A DNA stretch of 32,000 bases from NCBI GenBank assembly GCA_001192655.1, contig BBVC01000002.1, positions 1 to 32,000 of the forward strand, in the 5' to 3' direction. Below, in pieces: positions 24,799 to 32,000 of the stretch. The translations under genes were made by a program, and so were the position numbers. The stretch's first letter is position 1, and each line of letters begins with the position of its first letter. The notes under the pieces were generated by a model, which worked only from the letters and a program-made list of their open reading frames with translations, ran no database searches and was not told the origin of the DNA. Source of the DNA: Caedimonas varicaedens. Lineage in GTDB: Bacteria > Pseudomonadota > Alphaproteobacteria > Caedimonadales > Caedimonadaceae.

Positions 24799-25830
24799 TC
24801 AAGCTATCACTTCCAATGCTTTAAAAAGAGTCCCCATTTGTTGGGAAGAGGTTAATTTATAAAGTTGAAGCGCAAGCTGATTTTTATCTGCCTCTGTTGC
24901 CTTATGAGCGTGGGCTTGAGCCAGCTTGACAATTCCATGCTTCATCAAAAATTCAGATTGCGTTGCAATTCCCGCATTCTCGCCTGCAATTTCCTTTAAG
25001 ACCCGAAAGTTGACATGTGCCGTTATGTCCACTGCGCCCGGATTTTCCAATACAGGAACATAGCGATGACGGGATACGGCCTGCAAGGTATCTCCATAGC
25101 CCTCAACATACCCATAATCCATCGAAACAAACGCTCCTGAAACCTGGTTAAGATGATGAACAAGCTTCCTCATCATATCTTCCGCCAACGGACAATACTC
25201 GATTATCGCATCCGTCTTTACGAGAGGAAAAGAAAAGTTTGATACCTCAATATCCCTGATACCAAAGGACAGCGTATGATCTTCAGAAATAATAACGCCC
25301 CGCTCAGCCCATCCCTGGGATGTTTTTTGAAATTGCCGCACAGGAAGCGCATCAAAAAATTCATTGGCAATGATAAGGACAGGAAGCGAATGAATAGCCT
25401 CAAGCAGTTCTGCGATCTCTTCATGCCAAAACACTCTGGGATGATGGATAATATATTGTTGAGTTGCCTGCAGCTTGGGACTCGTCTCCATCAGGTGGAT
25501 GTCAAGCGCATCAAAAAAATCAGGCAAGAGTTGTGCCGTACGAAGAAAGTCAGACATTAAAATGCCACGCCCTGGCCCCAATTCTACCAACGCTATTTTT
25601 TTGGGTTGATGAAGACGATAATAATGCTCAACAGCCCAAAAGCAAAGGGTCTCACCAAAAAGAAGACTGATTTCAGGAGATGTGATAAAATCAGCGTTGC
25701 TGCCCAAGGGCTGACGCTGCATATAGTACCCAAATTCAGGATGGTAGAGAGCGGCTGCCATAAACTCGGCGATGCTGATAAAACCTTCTTTCCTGATGAG
25801 ATGGCAAATGTACTCTTTACAGAGGGTCAC
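24799..25830 (-). CDS. Class I SAM-dependent methyltransferase, DUF185 family (NDUFAF7/MidA homologue)
   Basis: Has GFISIAEFMAAALYHPEFGYY, FITSPEISLLFGE and LVELGPGRGILMSDFLR motifs. The start is placed at GTG 25830 (a 14-nt overlap with the lgt stop). The ATG at 25926 would overlap lgt by 110 nt and add a non-conserved hydrophobic extension. Confidence 0.8.
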   Translation of the reverse strand: MTLCKEYICHLIRKEGFISIAEFMAAALYHPEFGYYMQRQPLGSNADFITSPEISLLFGETLCFWAVEHYYRLHQPKKIALVELGPGRGILMSDFLRTAQLLPDFFDALDIHLMETSPKLQATQQYIIHHPRVFWHEEIAELLEAIHSLPVLIIANEFFDALPVRQFQKTSQGWAERGVIISEDHTLSFGIRDIEVSNFSFPLVKTDAIIEYCPLAEDMMRKLVHHLNQVSGAFVSMDYGYVEGYGDTLQAVSRHRYVPVLENPGAVDITAHVNFRVLKEIAGENAGIATQSEFLMKHGIVKLAQAHAHKATEADKNQLALQLYKLTSSQQMGTLFKALEVIA

Positions 25831-26635
25831 GAGAAGAAGTCCGTTTATAAAAAAAGGAGATAAAAATAAGGATAATACCGAACAAGACAAGAGGCAAAGA
25901 GAGCCATTGCCCCAATGTCGTGCCACCTATCAGATAACCAATTTGAGCATCTGGTTCCCGAAAACACTCAACAAAGATGCGCGCGCACCCATAACCTATA
26001 AAAAATATTCCACAAAGTAAACCCTGTCTCTGGCGACGTACATCCGTATAGGTTGCAATGAGATGCAGAACCATAAAAAGTACAATTCCTTCAAGAAAAG
26101 CTTCATAAAGCTGACTGGGATGCCGCAGCAGAGAATCTACCTTTGGAAAAACGACGCCCCAGGAAACAGTTGCAGGACGCCCCCATAGCTCCCCATTAAT
26201 GAAATTGGCACAGCGTCCGAAAAATAGGCCAATGGGCACAGCTGTTGCAATAAGGTCACCCAATTCCAGCAAGGGAAGTTTTTTACGGTGACAATACCAA
26301 AGCGTCGCCAGAATGACGCCAAGAAGACCGCCATGAAAAGCCATTCCTGGTCGCCAGATATAAAAAATTTCAAGAAGATGCCGGGAATAATAATCAAAGT
26401 TGTAAAAGAGAGCAATGCCAAGACGCCCCCCTAGAATGATCCCAAAAATAGCCCACGGAATATAATCACTCAATGCCTTTTCAGATATGCCAAACGGCTT
26501 CCTTCTTATCTGCCAGAGACAATATCGCCACGCCAAAAGAATCCCAACAGCATATGAAATACCGTACCAATGAATTTTAAGGAAACCCAGATCAAGGGCA
26601 ACGGGATTGAAGGAAGGGAAGAGAAAGACAAACAT
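25817..26635 (-). CDS. lgt: Prolipoprotein diacylglyceryl transferase
   Basis: Has IHWYGISYAVGILLAW, HGGLLGVILA, GRCANFINGELWGRP and HPSQLYEAFLEG, the canonical Lgt motifs. Confidence 0.92.
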   Translation of the reverse strand: MFVFLFPSFNPVALDLGFLKIHWYGISYAVGILLAWRYCLWQIRRKPFGISEKALSDYIPWAIFGIILGGRLGIALFYNFDYYSRHLLEIFYIWRPGMAFHGGLLGVILATLWYCHRKKLPLLELGDLIATAVPIGLFFGRCANFINGELWGRPATVSWGVVFPKVDSLLRHPSQLYEAFLEGIVLFMVLHLIATYTDVRRQRQGLLCGIFFIGYGCARIFVECFREPDAQIGYLIGGTTLGQWLSLPLVLFGIILIFISFFYKRTSSRDPL

Positions 26636-26643
26636 CGTTAAAT

Positions 26644-27630
26644 TTACCTATAGGGATCAGGCTTTAGAAGATAATTTTGTACATATTGACACGCCCCTTC
26701 TTCCAATGAGGTAAAGGAAGCGGTATATCCCGCTTTATGAAGACGGCTCATATTTGCTTGTGTAAAATATTGATATTTCTCCCGTAAGGAAAGAGGCATA
26801 TCAATAAATTCAATGGAAGGCTCTTTTCCCAAAGCTTTAAAAACACTTACCGCCAGATCATAAAAACTGCGCGCTTTCCCTGTTCCCAGGTTGAACAAAC
26901 CACTGATATGAGGATGATTGTAAAGCCATAGCATAACATCAACACAATCATCAACCCAGATAAAGTCGCGCGATTGCTCTCCATCCCCAAACGGCTCACG
27001 GTAGGATTTGAAGAGACGTGCCGATTGCCCCTGAGAAATCTGGTTGAAAATCTGAATGACCACACTACGCATGCCTGCTTTGTGATATTCATTGGGGCCA
27101 TAGACATTGAAAAATTTCAAGCCCGCGCATTGCGGTGGAAATCCTGATCCAGCCTTAACGGCTACCGCAACACGCCGATCAAAGAGATGCTTGCTCCAGC
27201 CATACACATTAAGAGGGATCAATTTTGCAAGCGTCGTTTCATCATCTCCATCTTCAAAGCCTGCAGATCCATCTCCGTAAGTAGCCGCAGAAGAAGCATA
27301 AACCAGGCGGATATTATTCAAAACACACGCTTCAAAAAGCATCATGGAGAATTTAAAGTTCATGGACATGATCAAATCGGCGTCTGTTTCAGTGGTCGAG
27401 CTATTGGCGCCCATATGATAAATGATTTTAATATTGCGCCCGTGACGTTCGAGAAAAGCCTGAAAATCTTGAGGCGCAATCAGATCAGCAATGGAACGCC
27501 GCTTGAGATTCTGCCACCGCTCGTCAGTCCCCAGAACGTCACAAACAAAAACCGGACCCAATCGATTTTCTTCAAGCCTGGCGACCAGATTTGAACCGAT
27601 AAAACCTGCTCCCCCCGTGACAACAATCAT
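26644..27630 (-). CDS. hldD: ADP-L-glycero-D-manno-heptose 6-epimerase
   Basis: Has MIVVTGGAGFIGSN (Rossmann), ASSAATYG, NVYGWSKHLFD, FNVYGPNEYHKAGMRSVV, and FNLGTG...FTQANMSRLHKAGY. It is collinear with E. coli HldD/RfaD. Confidence 0.88.
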   Translation of the reverse strand: MIVVTGGAGFIGSNLVARLEENRLGPVFVCDVLGTDERWQNLKRRSIADLIAPQDFQAFLERHGRNIKIIYHMGANSSTTETDADLIMSMNFKFSMMLFEACVLNNIRLVYASSAATYGDGSAGFEDGDDETTLAKLIPLNVYGWSKHLFDRRVAVAVKAGSGFPPQCAGLKFFNVYGPNEYHKAGMRSVVIQIFNQISQGQSARLFKSYREPFGDGEQSRDFIWVDDCVDVMLWLYNHPHISGLFNLGTGKARSFYDLAVSVFKALGKEPSIEFIDMPLSLREKYQYFTQANMSRLHKAGYTASFTSLEEGACQYVQNYLLKPDPYR

Positions 27631-27740
27631 TATTCTTACCTTTGGAATACATAATTTTCTTATATAAACACATTCGGCGATTATAACAACTTTTCTAAAG
27701 AATTTGTTTGAAAGATTTTTTACTCTATATTCGTGACATC

Positions 27741-27769
27741 TTGCATTATAAGCTAATTCACGTCATAAT
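27741..27769 (+). promoter_or_regulatory. Sigma70-like promoter candidate TTGCAT-17 nt-CATAAT for the Trp-rich gene
   Basis: The -35 is at 27741-27746 and the -10 at 27764-27769, which would give a ~55-nt leader. Confidence 0.3.
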
Positions 27770-27831
27770 TCCATATTACAGGCTTAGAGTAGAAGCTTGT
27801 AACCTTATAAAACTATAACAGGGAGATGAAA

Positions 27832-28080
27832 ATGAGTGAATGGAAAGAACAAGGAGCATGGATATGGGTTCGTTGGAACACAGGCGCTCCACAAGACGCT
27901 TGGAAAGAATGGGGAGCATCTAATCTCAAAGTCTGGTCTACAACAGGTGAATGGGATTGTAAAGTTTGGGTTCCTGCAAAAAGTGCAGATGAAATCGAAC
28001 AATTTGTATGGAACAAGGTTCGTAAAAATAAATGGGTAAAAGATACGAAAACAGAATGGGCCTGGCAATGCGCTGCCTAA
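27832..28080 (+). CDS. Tryptophan-rich small protein (13 Trp in 82 aa) laid out like a stand-alone Lrp/AsnC-type (RAM) ligand-binding domain
   Basis: GGGAG (27821-27825) lies 6 nt before ATG 27832. The translation is MSEWKEQGAWIWVRWNTGAPQDAWKEWGASNLKVWSTTGEWDCKVWVPAKSADEIEQFVWNKVRKNKWVKDTKTEWAWQCAA. Its beta-alpha-beta-beta-alpha-beta spacing and the TGEWD box mirror the ...VTGEYDLxxxV...ELxxFVxxKIxxxxGVxxTxT pattern of RAM/SRAM domains. Trp occupies most hydrophobic positions. Confidence 0.6.
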   Translation: MSEWKEQGAWIWVRWNTGAPQDAWKEWGASNLKVWSTTGEWDCKVWVPAKSADEIEQFVWNKVRKNKWVKDTKTEWAWQCAA

Positions 28081-28150
28081 GTTCTTCCTGAATGTAATGC
28101 GCAGGATTCGGGTTTCTTCTGGAAACCTCAGTATGAGAAACTGCACAAGA

Positions 28151-28217
28151 GGGGGGACGAGTTGGTAGGTGCATAAACTATTAAGTATGCTCTAGAACAA
28201 TTTCGTCCCTTTTTTTC
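28151..28217 (+). terminator. Long composite hairpin plus T7 run downstream of the Trp-rich gene
   Basis: GGGACGA (28154-28160) pairs with TCGTCCC (28203-28209) and is followed by TTTTTTT (28210-28216). The 42-nt interior contains a second stem, GCATA/TATGC. Confidence 0.35.
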
Positions 28218-28319
28218 TTCGCTCGAAAGAGATCAATGATTTTATGCTTCACAAGAATATTTATTACCCTCCTGTAAGTTGCTTTTATAAATTATCTCTG
28301 CTGTTTATTTTCTCAGGAG

Positions 28320-29624
28320 TCAGGCTCGCTTTGCCCCAAACATGAAAGGGAGAGACGTGCGATATTCGAAGTGATGAGAGAAAAACACCAGCACTAAAAA
28401 GCAGGGAACGCAGGCACAGGCTGTCAGTAAATAAAAATCCACCCACTCCAGTCGATCAGCACTCCACCCAGCGAGAGAAGAAAACGATACGCGGGCAAGA
28501 GAACCAATCGACGAGAGAAGAGCATAATGGGTCGCTGTAAAAGGCATGCGACACAGATTGGAGAGATACGCAATAAAAGATGCCGTTCCCATTCCACACG
28601 TAAAATTTTCTATACCAATTGTTGCAAAAAGCATCCATAAATCATGACCCATATGAGCTTGAAGAGCAAACATCAGGCAAGAGAAAATCTGGAGAAGGGA
28701 ACAAATAATCAGTGTATCAATCAGAGGCTTGCGCGTCAGCATAAGGCTGCCCATAAACCCACCCAGAATCACAGCACCAATACCAAAAGATTTGGCGACA
28801 TGCGCAATTTCAATTTTGCTGAAGCCTGTCTCCAAAAGAAAAGGAGCTGTCATGACGTTCAGAATCGTGTCGCCAATTTTATAACAAAAAATGTATAAAA
28901 CAATAATTTGCCAATTTTCCTGCTTTAGAAAACTGAGAAGCGAGAGGCGTATTTTTGACAGAAGATGAGAATACCCTCTTGAAGAAGCAGAGCTCTGGAG
29001 ATTATAGGAGTTCTGGGGTTCAGGACTTAAAAGTGTTGTTATAATTCCTACGCTGACGCATGCTGCCATAAAAGCATACGTCACGAACCAGCTAAAGTAG
29101 GAAGCAAGATAAAGCGCGCCCGCCCCGGAAACCCACATGCCAAATCGATAACCCAGCATAGAAGCTCCGGCACCGGGACCAATTTCATGAGCATCCAAAA
29201 CTTCAACACGATAAGCTTCAAAAACAATATCCTGGGTTGCCGAACATAAAGCGACCAGAACCCCTGCAAGGGCTGTCATGAAAATATGAGTATGGGGATT
29301 GGTTGTCCCCAACAAAAGTAGAGCAAAAATTAAACAAAGTTGACTGCCCAAAAGCCAGCCTTTGCGCCTGCCAAAAATTTTTGTCAGAAAAGGAAAAGGT
29401 AAATGATCAATGAAAGGAGCCCAAAGAAATTTAAGAGTATAGGGCAACGTAATAAGGACAAAAAAACCAATAACCGTTTTGTGGGCGCCCGCCTCTGAAA
29501 GCCATACATGGAGAGTCGCCAGTGTTAATAAAAAAGGCAACCCGCTTGAAAAACCCAAAAAGAAAATCCCAAAAATACGGGGATCTCGATAAATAGCTGT
29601 ACTTTGATGAGAAGAAATAGTCAC
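28320..29624 (-). CDS. ampG: AmpG-family muropeptide MFS transporter
   Basis: Has LGFSSGLPFLLTLATLHVWL, LKFLWAPFIDHLP and FGRRKGWLL motifs collinear with the E. coli AmpG N-terminus. It is 434 aa with 12-14 TM segments. Confidence 0.85.
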   Translation of the reverse strand: MTISSHQSTAIYRDPRIFGIFFLGFSSGLPFLLTLATLHVWLSEAGAHKTVIGFFVLITLPYTLKFLWAPFIDHLPFPFLTKIFGRRKGWLLGSQLCLIFALLLLGTTNPHTHIFMTALAGVLVALCSATQDIVFEAYRVEVLDAHEIGPGAGASMLGYRFGMWVSGAGALYLASYFSWFVTYAFMAACVSVGIITTLLSPEPQNSYNLQSSASSRGYSHLLSKIRLSLLSFLKQENWQIIVLYIFCYKIGDTILNVMTAPFLLETGFSKIEIAHVAKSFGIGAVILGGFMGSLMLTRKPLIDTLIICSLLQIFSCLMFALQAHMGHDLWMLFATIGIENFTCGMGTASFIAYLSNLCRMPFTATHYALLSSIGSLARVSFSSLAGWSADRLEWVDFYLLTACACVPCFLVLVFFSHHFEYRTSLPFMFGAKRA

Positions 29625-29690
29625 GGGATATAAGTTCTCTGCTTGTGAAACAAAATGATTATACCAAATCTGATACCCTAAATCACTTAT

Positions 29691-30113
29691 TTAAGGAAGA
29701 AGATCAACATTTTCTGACTGTAATTCCTTAAGCGCCTGAGCGCAATACCCCAGATCACGCCAGGAACAGCCTTCACAAATTTCTTGAAACTTATCGTAAG
29801 AAATTGACGTCTTTATCTTTTCTTTGGCTTCACCCCATGTCAAAACTTGTCCTGTGTGCAGGGAAAGCACCTCTTGATGCCGTACATCCAGGACAGCTAT
29901 TTTCTCCTGATCCTTGCATAAAGCGCCGCGTTTATGAGGACAGGGGCCACAAATACTATCTGTCTGTTGGACGACTTGAATAGGGATGCCATCTCCCTCG
30001 CGACTGTTCAAGATATCAGAAATCTGCTGAAAATTATCAATAAATTGAGGAGAATAACCTTTCCTCTGAAATCCTAAAGTACACAGAAAGTGATGAGGGC
30101 GATATTGGATCAT
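29691..30113 (-). CDS. DUF1284-domain protein (Cys-rich, putative Fe-S binding)
   Basis: ATG at 30113 lies 7 nt after GGGAGA. Has MIQYRPHHFLCTLGFQRKGYS...ICGPCPHK...CEGCSW, characteristic of DUF1284. Confidence 0.7.
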   Translation of the reverse strand: MIQYRPHHFLCTLGFQRKGYSPQFIDNFQQISDILNSREGDGIPIQVVQQTDSICGPCPHKRGALCKDQEKIAVLDVRHQEVLSLHTGQVLTWGEAKEKIKTSISYDKFQEICEGCSWRDLGYCAQALKELQSENVDLLP

Positions 30114-30150
30114 ATGAATTTCTCCCGACAACGAAAGAAGCATTTTCGCT

Positions 30151-31800
30151 TTATTCGGTCTTTGGACACTTGTATAAATAAATGAGCTTTTCCTGATGGA
30201 TCAGACAGACTGCAGGATACGCTTCTTCAAAATTATGTTTTTGCTCATGAAAAACAACTATATAAGCTCCTTGGTGAGATAAAAGCTGCTGAAATTGTTC
30301 AGATGAAAGATTCAGCAATGCTCCCTGTTGTGTACGAAGGCCAAAATATAAATCATTACTGAGACTTTCCACGATAGGAACATTTTTCTTGGCATAAAAG
30401 CGTACAGAGGACATTTTCTCAAAGTCCCTATATAAAACCAAAGGCAAATTTTCAGAAGGAAGCTGTTGCATTATTTTCCGTGCCGAGAAAAGCGGTTCAA
30501 CCTGTTGAGCCATCACAAGACTGATCAATAAAAAAGGAACCATTTGAAAAGCTGTAAGGCTTTCAGGCCAAAAGCGCAGATGTTTGAAAAATTTCAGGCT
30601 ATATATCATCATAACGGAACACCCCAGCCAAATCCAAAAGAAAACATCTGGCATCCCTGCCACAAACGGCCGAAGTTTACTCGGTAGAAAAGAAACCCTG
30701 TAAAAGGAAATCAGTCCTGCAGCAGGAAGGAAAATTGCAAGAAATAAAGCAACTGCTTGCCGTATTTTCTTAAGACTTTCTACTTCAGAAAAAGCTTCCA
30801 GTTTGTGGGCAAAAAGCAGGGCAAGAGGCGGAAATATAGTCACAAGATAATAATTCGCCTTGGCCTGGGACACGCTGAAAAAACCAAAGAAAACAAGAAC
30901 CCACACCCATAAAAAAATCAGCAGGGATTTATCGTGAGAAGATCTTTTGAAAATAAGGGGAAGCGTAAAACTCCAGGGCAGAGCCGTTAGGAAGAGACGT
31001 GGAAAATAATAATACCACGGACCATGATAATAATCTTTGGGAATGCGACGTCCCAAAAATCTCAGGAAATGTTCATTGATAAAATAAAAGTGGATAAATT
31101 CTTTTTCCTGAAAGCTCGCCGCTATATGCCAGGGAAGGACAACTGCCAGGAAAAGAAGAATCCCCCAGCAATCTAGGAATGTTCTAAGACGTTCTTGCAA
31201 GCTCCCTGTCAAAATCAAAACAAGAAGGGTGACCAGACCAACGAGTCCCAGCGCCACAATCCCTTTTGTCATAACAGCCAGAGCAAGAAAAAGATAAAAA
31301 AATCTCAGGCTCACTTTATGGTGCGTTTTATACCACATAAAAAATGAGAAAAGAGAAGCTGATAAAAAGAGCGTCAGAAGAACATCAAAAAACACCATAC
31401 GGGAGAAAATAACCAGTCCCCCCATTGTTAAGAGAACCAGAAGACTTAAACGCGCCGTTACAAGAGATCCCATTGCTCGGGCAAAAAAATAAGTCACTAG
31501 AGACAATGCCACACCCGCTGTAGCAGGAATTAAGCGGGCGGTTGTCTCAGAGACACCTCCAATCTTATAGACAAGAGCAATAAGCCAATAAAGAAGAGGC
31601 GGCTTTTCAATATAGGGAACACCATTTAAATATGGGATGATGTATTGTCCGCTTTCAAGCATTTCTCGCGGAATTTCTGCATACAGCCCCTCATTATTAT
31701 TCAAAAGTCCATAGCTTCCAAGATCATAGTAATAAAGAAAGAAAAGAAGTATAAGGAGAACGCTGTCAAGCAACGATAATTTTGAGATATAGAGTCTCAT
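30151..31800 (-). CDS. Glycosyltransferase family 39 (ArnT/PMT-like undecaprenyl-phosphate-sugar-dependent transferase)
   Basis: 549 aa with more than 10 TM segments. The N-terminal loop motif NNNEGLYAEIPREMLESGQYIIPYLNGVPYIEKPPLLYWL matches the ArnT/PMT first periplasmic loop. Confidence 0.8.
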   Translation of the reverse strand: MRLYISKLSLLDSVLLILLFFLYYYDLGSYGLLNNNEGLYAEIPREMLESGQYIIPYLNGVPYIEKPPLLYWLIALVYKIGGVSETTARLIPATAGVALSLVTYFFARAMGSLVTARLSLLVLLTMGGLVIFSRMVFFDVLLTLFLSASLFSFFMWYKTHHKVSLRFFYLFLALAVMTKGIVALGLVGLVTLLVLILTGSLQERLRTFLDCWGILLFLAVVLPWHIAASFQEKEFIHFYFINEHFLRFLGRRIPKDYYHGPWYYYFPRLFLTALPWSFTLPLIFKRSSHDKSLLIFLWVWVLVFFGFFSVSQAKANYYLVTIFPPLALLFAHKLEAFSEVESLKKIRQAVALFLAIFLPAAGLISFYRVSFLPSKLRPFVAGMPDVFFWIWLGCSVMMIYSLKFFKHLRFWPESLTAFQMVPFLLISLVMAQQVEPLFSARKIMQQLPSENLPLVLYRDFEKMSSVRFYAKKNVPIVESLSNDLYFGLRTQQGALLNLSSEQFQQLLSHQGAYIVVFHEQKHNFEEAYPAVCLIHQEKLIYLYKCPKTE

Positions 31801-31841
31801 AAAACATAAATTCCGTATTTAATGGCTTAGTTATAGGGCGA

Positions 31842-32000
31842 GTTCTTGCAAATGGCAATCCTTCAAAAAGCTGTGGCAATTGTTATTGCTGGACCTACCG
31901 CATCAGGGAAATCACATCTTGCTCTTGAACTTGCACAGGCCTTTAATGGTGTGATCATTAATGCAGACAGTGTCCAACTTTATGAGAATCTGTCTATTCT
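31842..32000 (+). CDS. miaA: tRNA dimethylallyltransferase, N-terminal 53 codons (runs off the right edge)
   Basis: [49 protein letters not shown] contains the MiaA P-loop GPTASGKS and the INADSxQxY motif. Confidence 0.85.

Noticed and set aside
25831-25926. The upstream ATG start (25926) for the DUF185 methyltransferase.
   Set aside because: It would overlap lgt by 110 nt and add a hydrophobic, non-conserved leader. GTG 25830 sits just before the conserved N-terminal region. This remains uncertain.
27805-28174. Three - strand ORFs (113, 67 and 78 aa) antisense to the Trp-rich gene, plus a second + strand frame (27836-28039).
   Set aside because: These are mirror artefacts of a TGG-rich sequence (CCA gives Pro and Cys-rich nonsense). 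They have no SD and no domain-like pattern. The + frame at 27832 has an SD and a RAM-domain-like periodicity.
1-32000. A CRISPR array, rRNA or tRNA genes, a prophage or integrase, or a recognisable defence-system gene (RT, nuclease-helicase, Cas, TIR, STAND).
   Set aside because: I saw no regularly spaced direct repeats of 25-40 nt, no tRNA-like T-arm or acceptor signatures, and no ORF with such motifs. The only mobile-element protein is the truncated IS630 transposase at the left edge.

Overview
The window is A+T-rich, roughly 40% G+C by eye (not computed). Gene content and synteny suggest an alphaproteobacterium, possibly host-associated; this is inference only. The supporting clusters are leuS-lptE-holA, rpmF-plsX-fabH-fdxA, a DUF3576 lipoprotein, a STAS-fused Mla/MCE-type transporter with a DUF330 lipoprotein, an NDUFAF7/MidA-like methyltransferase, and a ROSE-like leader upstream of hsp20. 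About 30 well-supported CDS cover envelope and housekeeping functions: a porin, lgt, hldD, ampG, a GT39 glycosyltransferase, pgeF, a metal ABC importer and a nucleoside hydrolase. I saw no rRNA, tRNA or CRISPR array. The left edge carries the 5' end of an IS630-family transposase that cuts an RNase R gene, leaving only its S1-domain tail. Five items are non-core and worth a second look. (1) A 680-nt ORF-poor region (18.6-19.3 kb) has a 13-bp perfect inverted repeat, competing helices whose G-U pairs favour a + strand RNA, and a 25-nt direct repeat. (2) An adjacent A+T-rich patch encodes two orphan signal-peptide proteins, next to a GC3-rich 89-aa orphan ORF. (3) An 82-84-aa protein has 13 tryptophans laid out like a stand-alone Lrp/AsnC (RAM) ligand-binding domain. 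(4) An unlisted 36-aa membrane mini-ORF is coupled by an ATGA overlap to fdxA. (5) A ROSE-type RNA thermometer candidate sits upstream of hsp20. Functional calls rest on by-eye motif recognition and no database search was possible.
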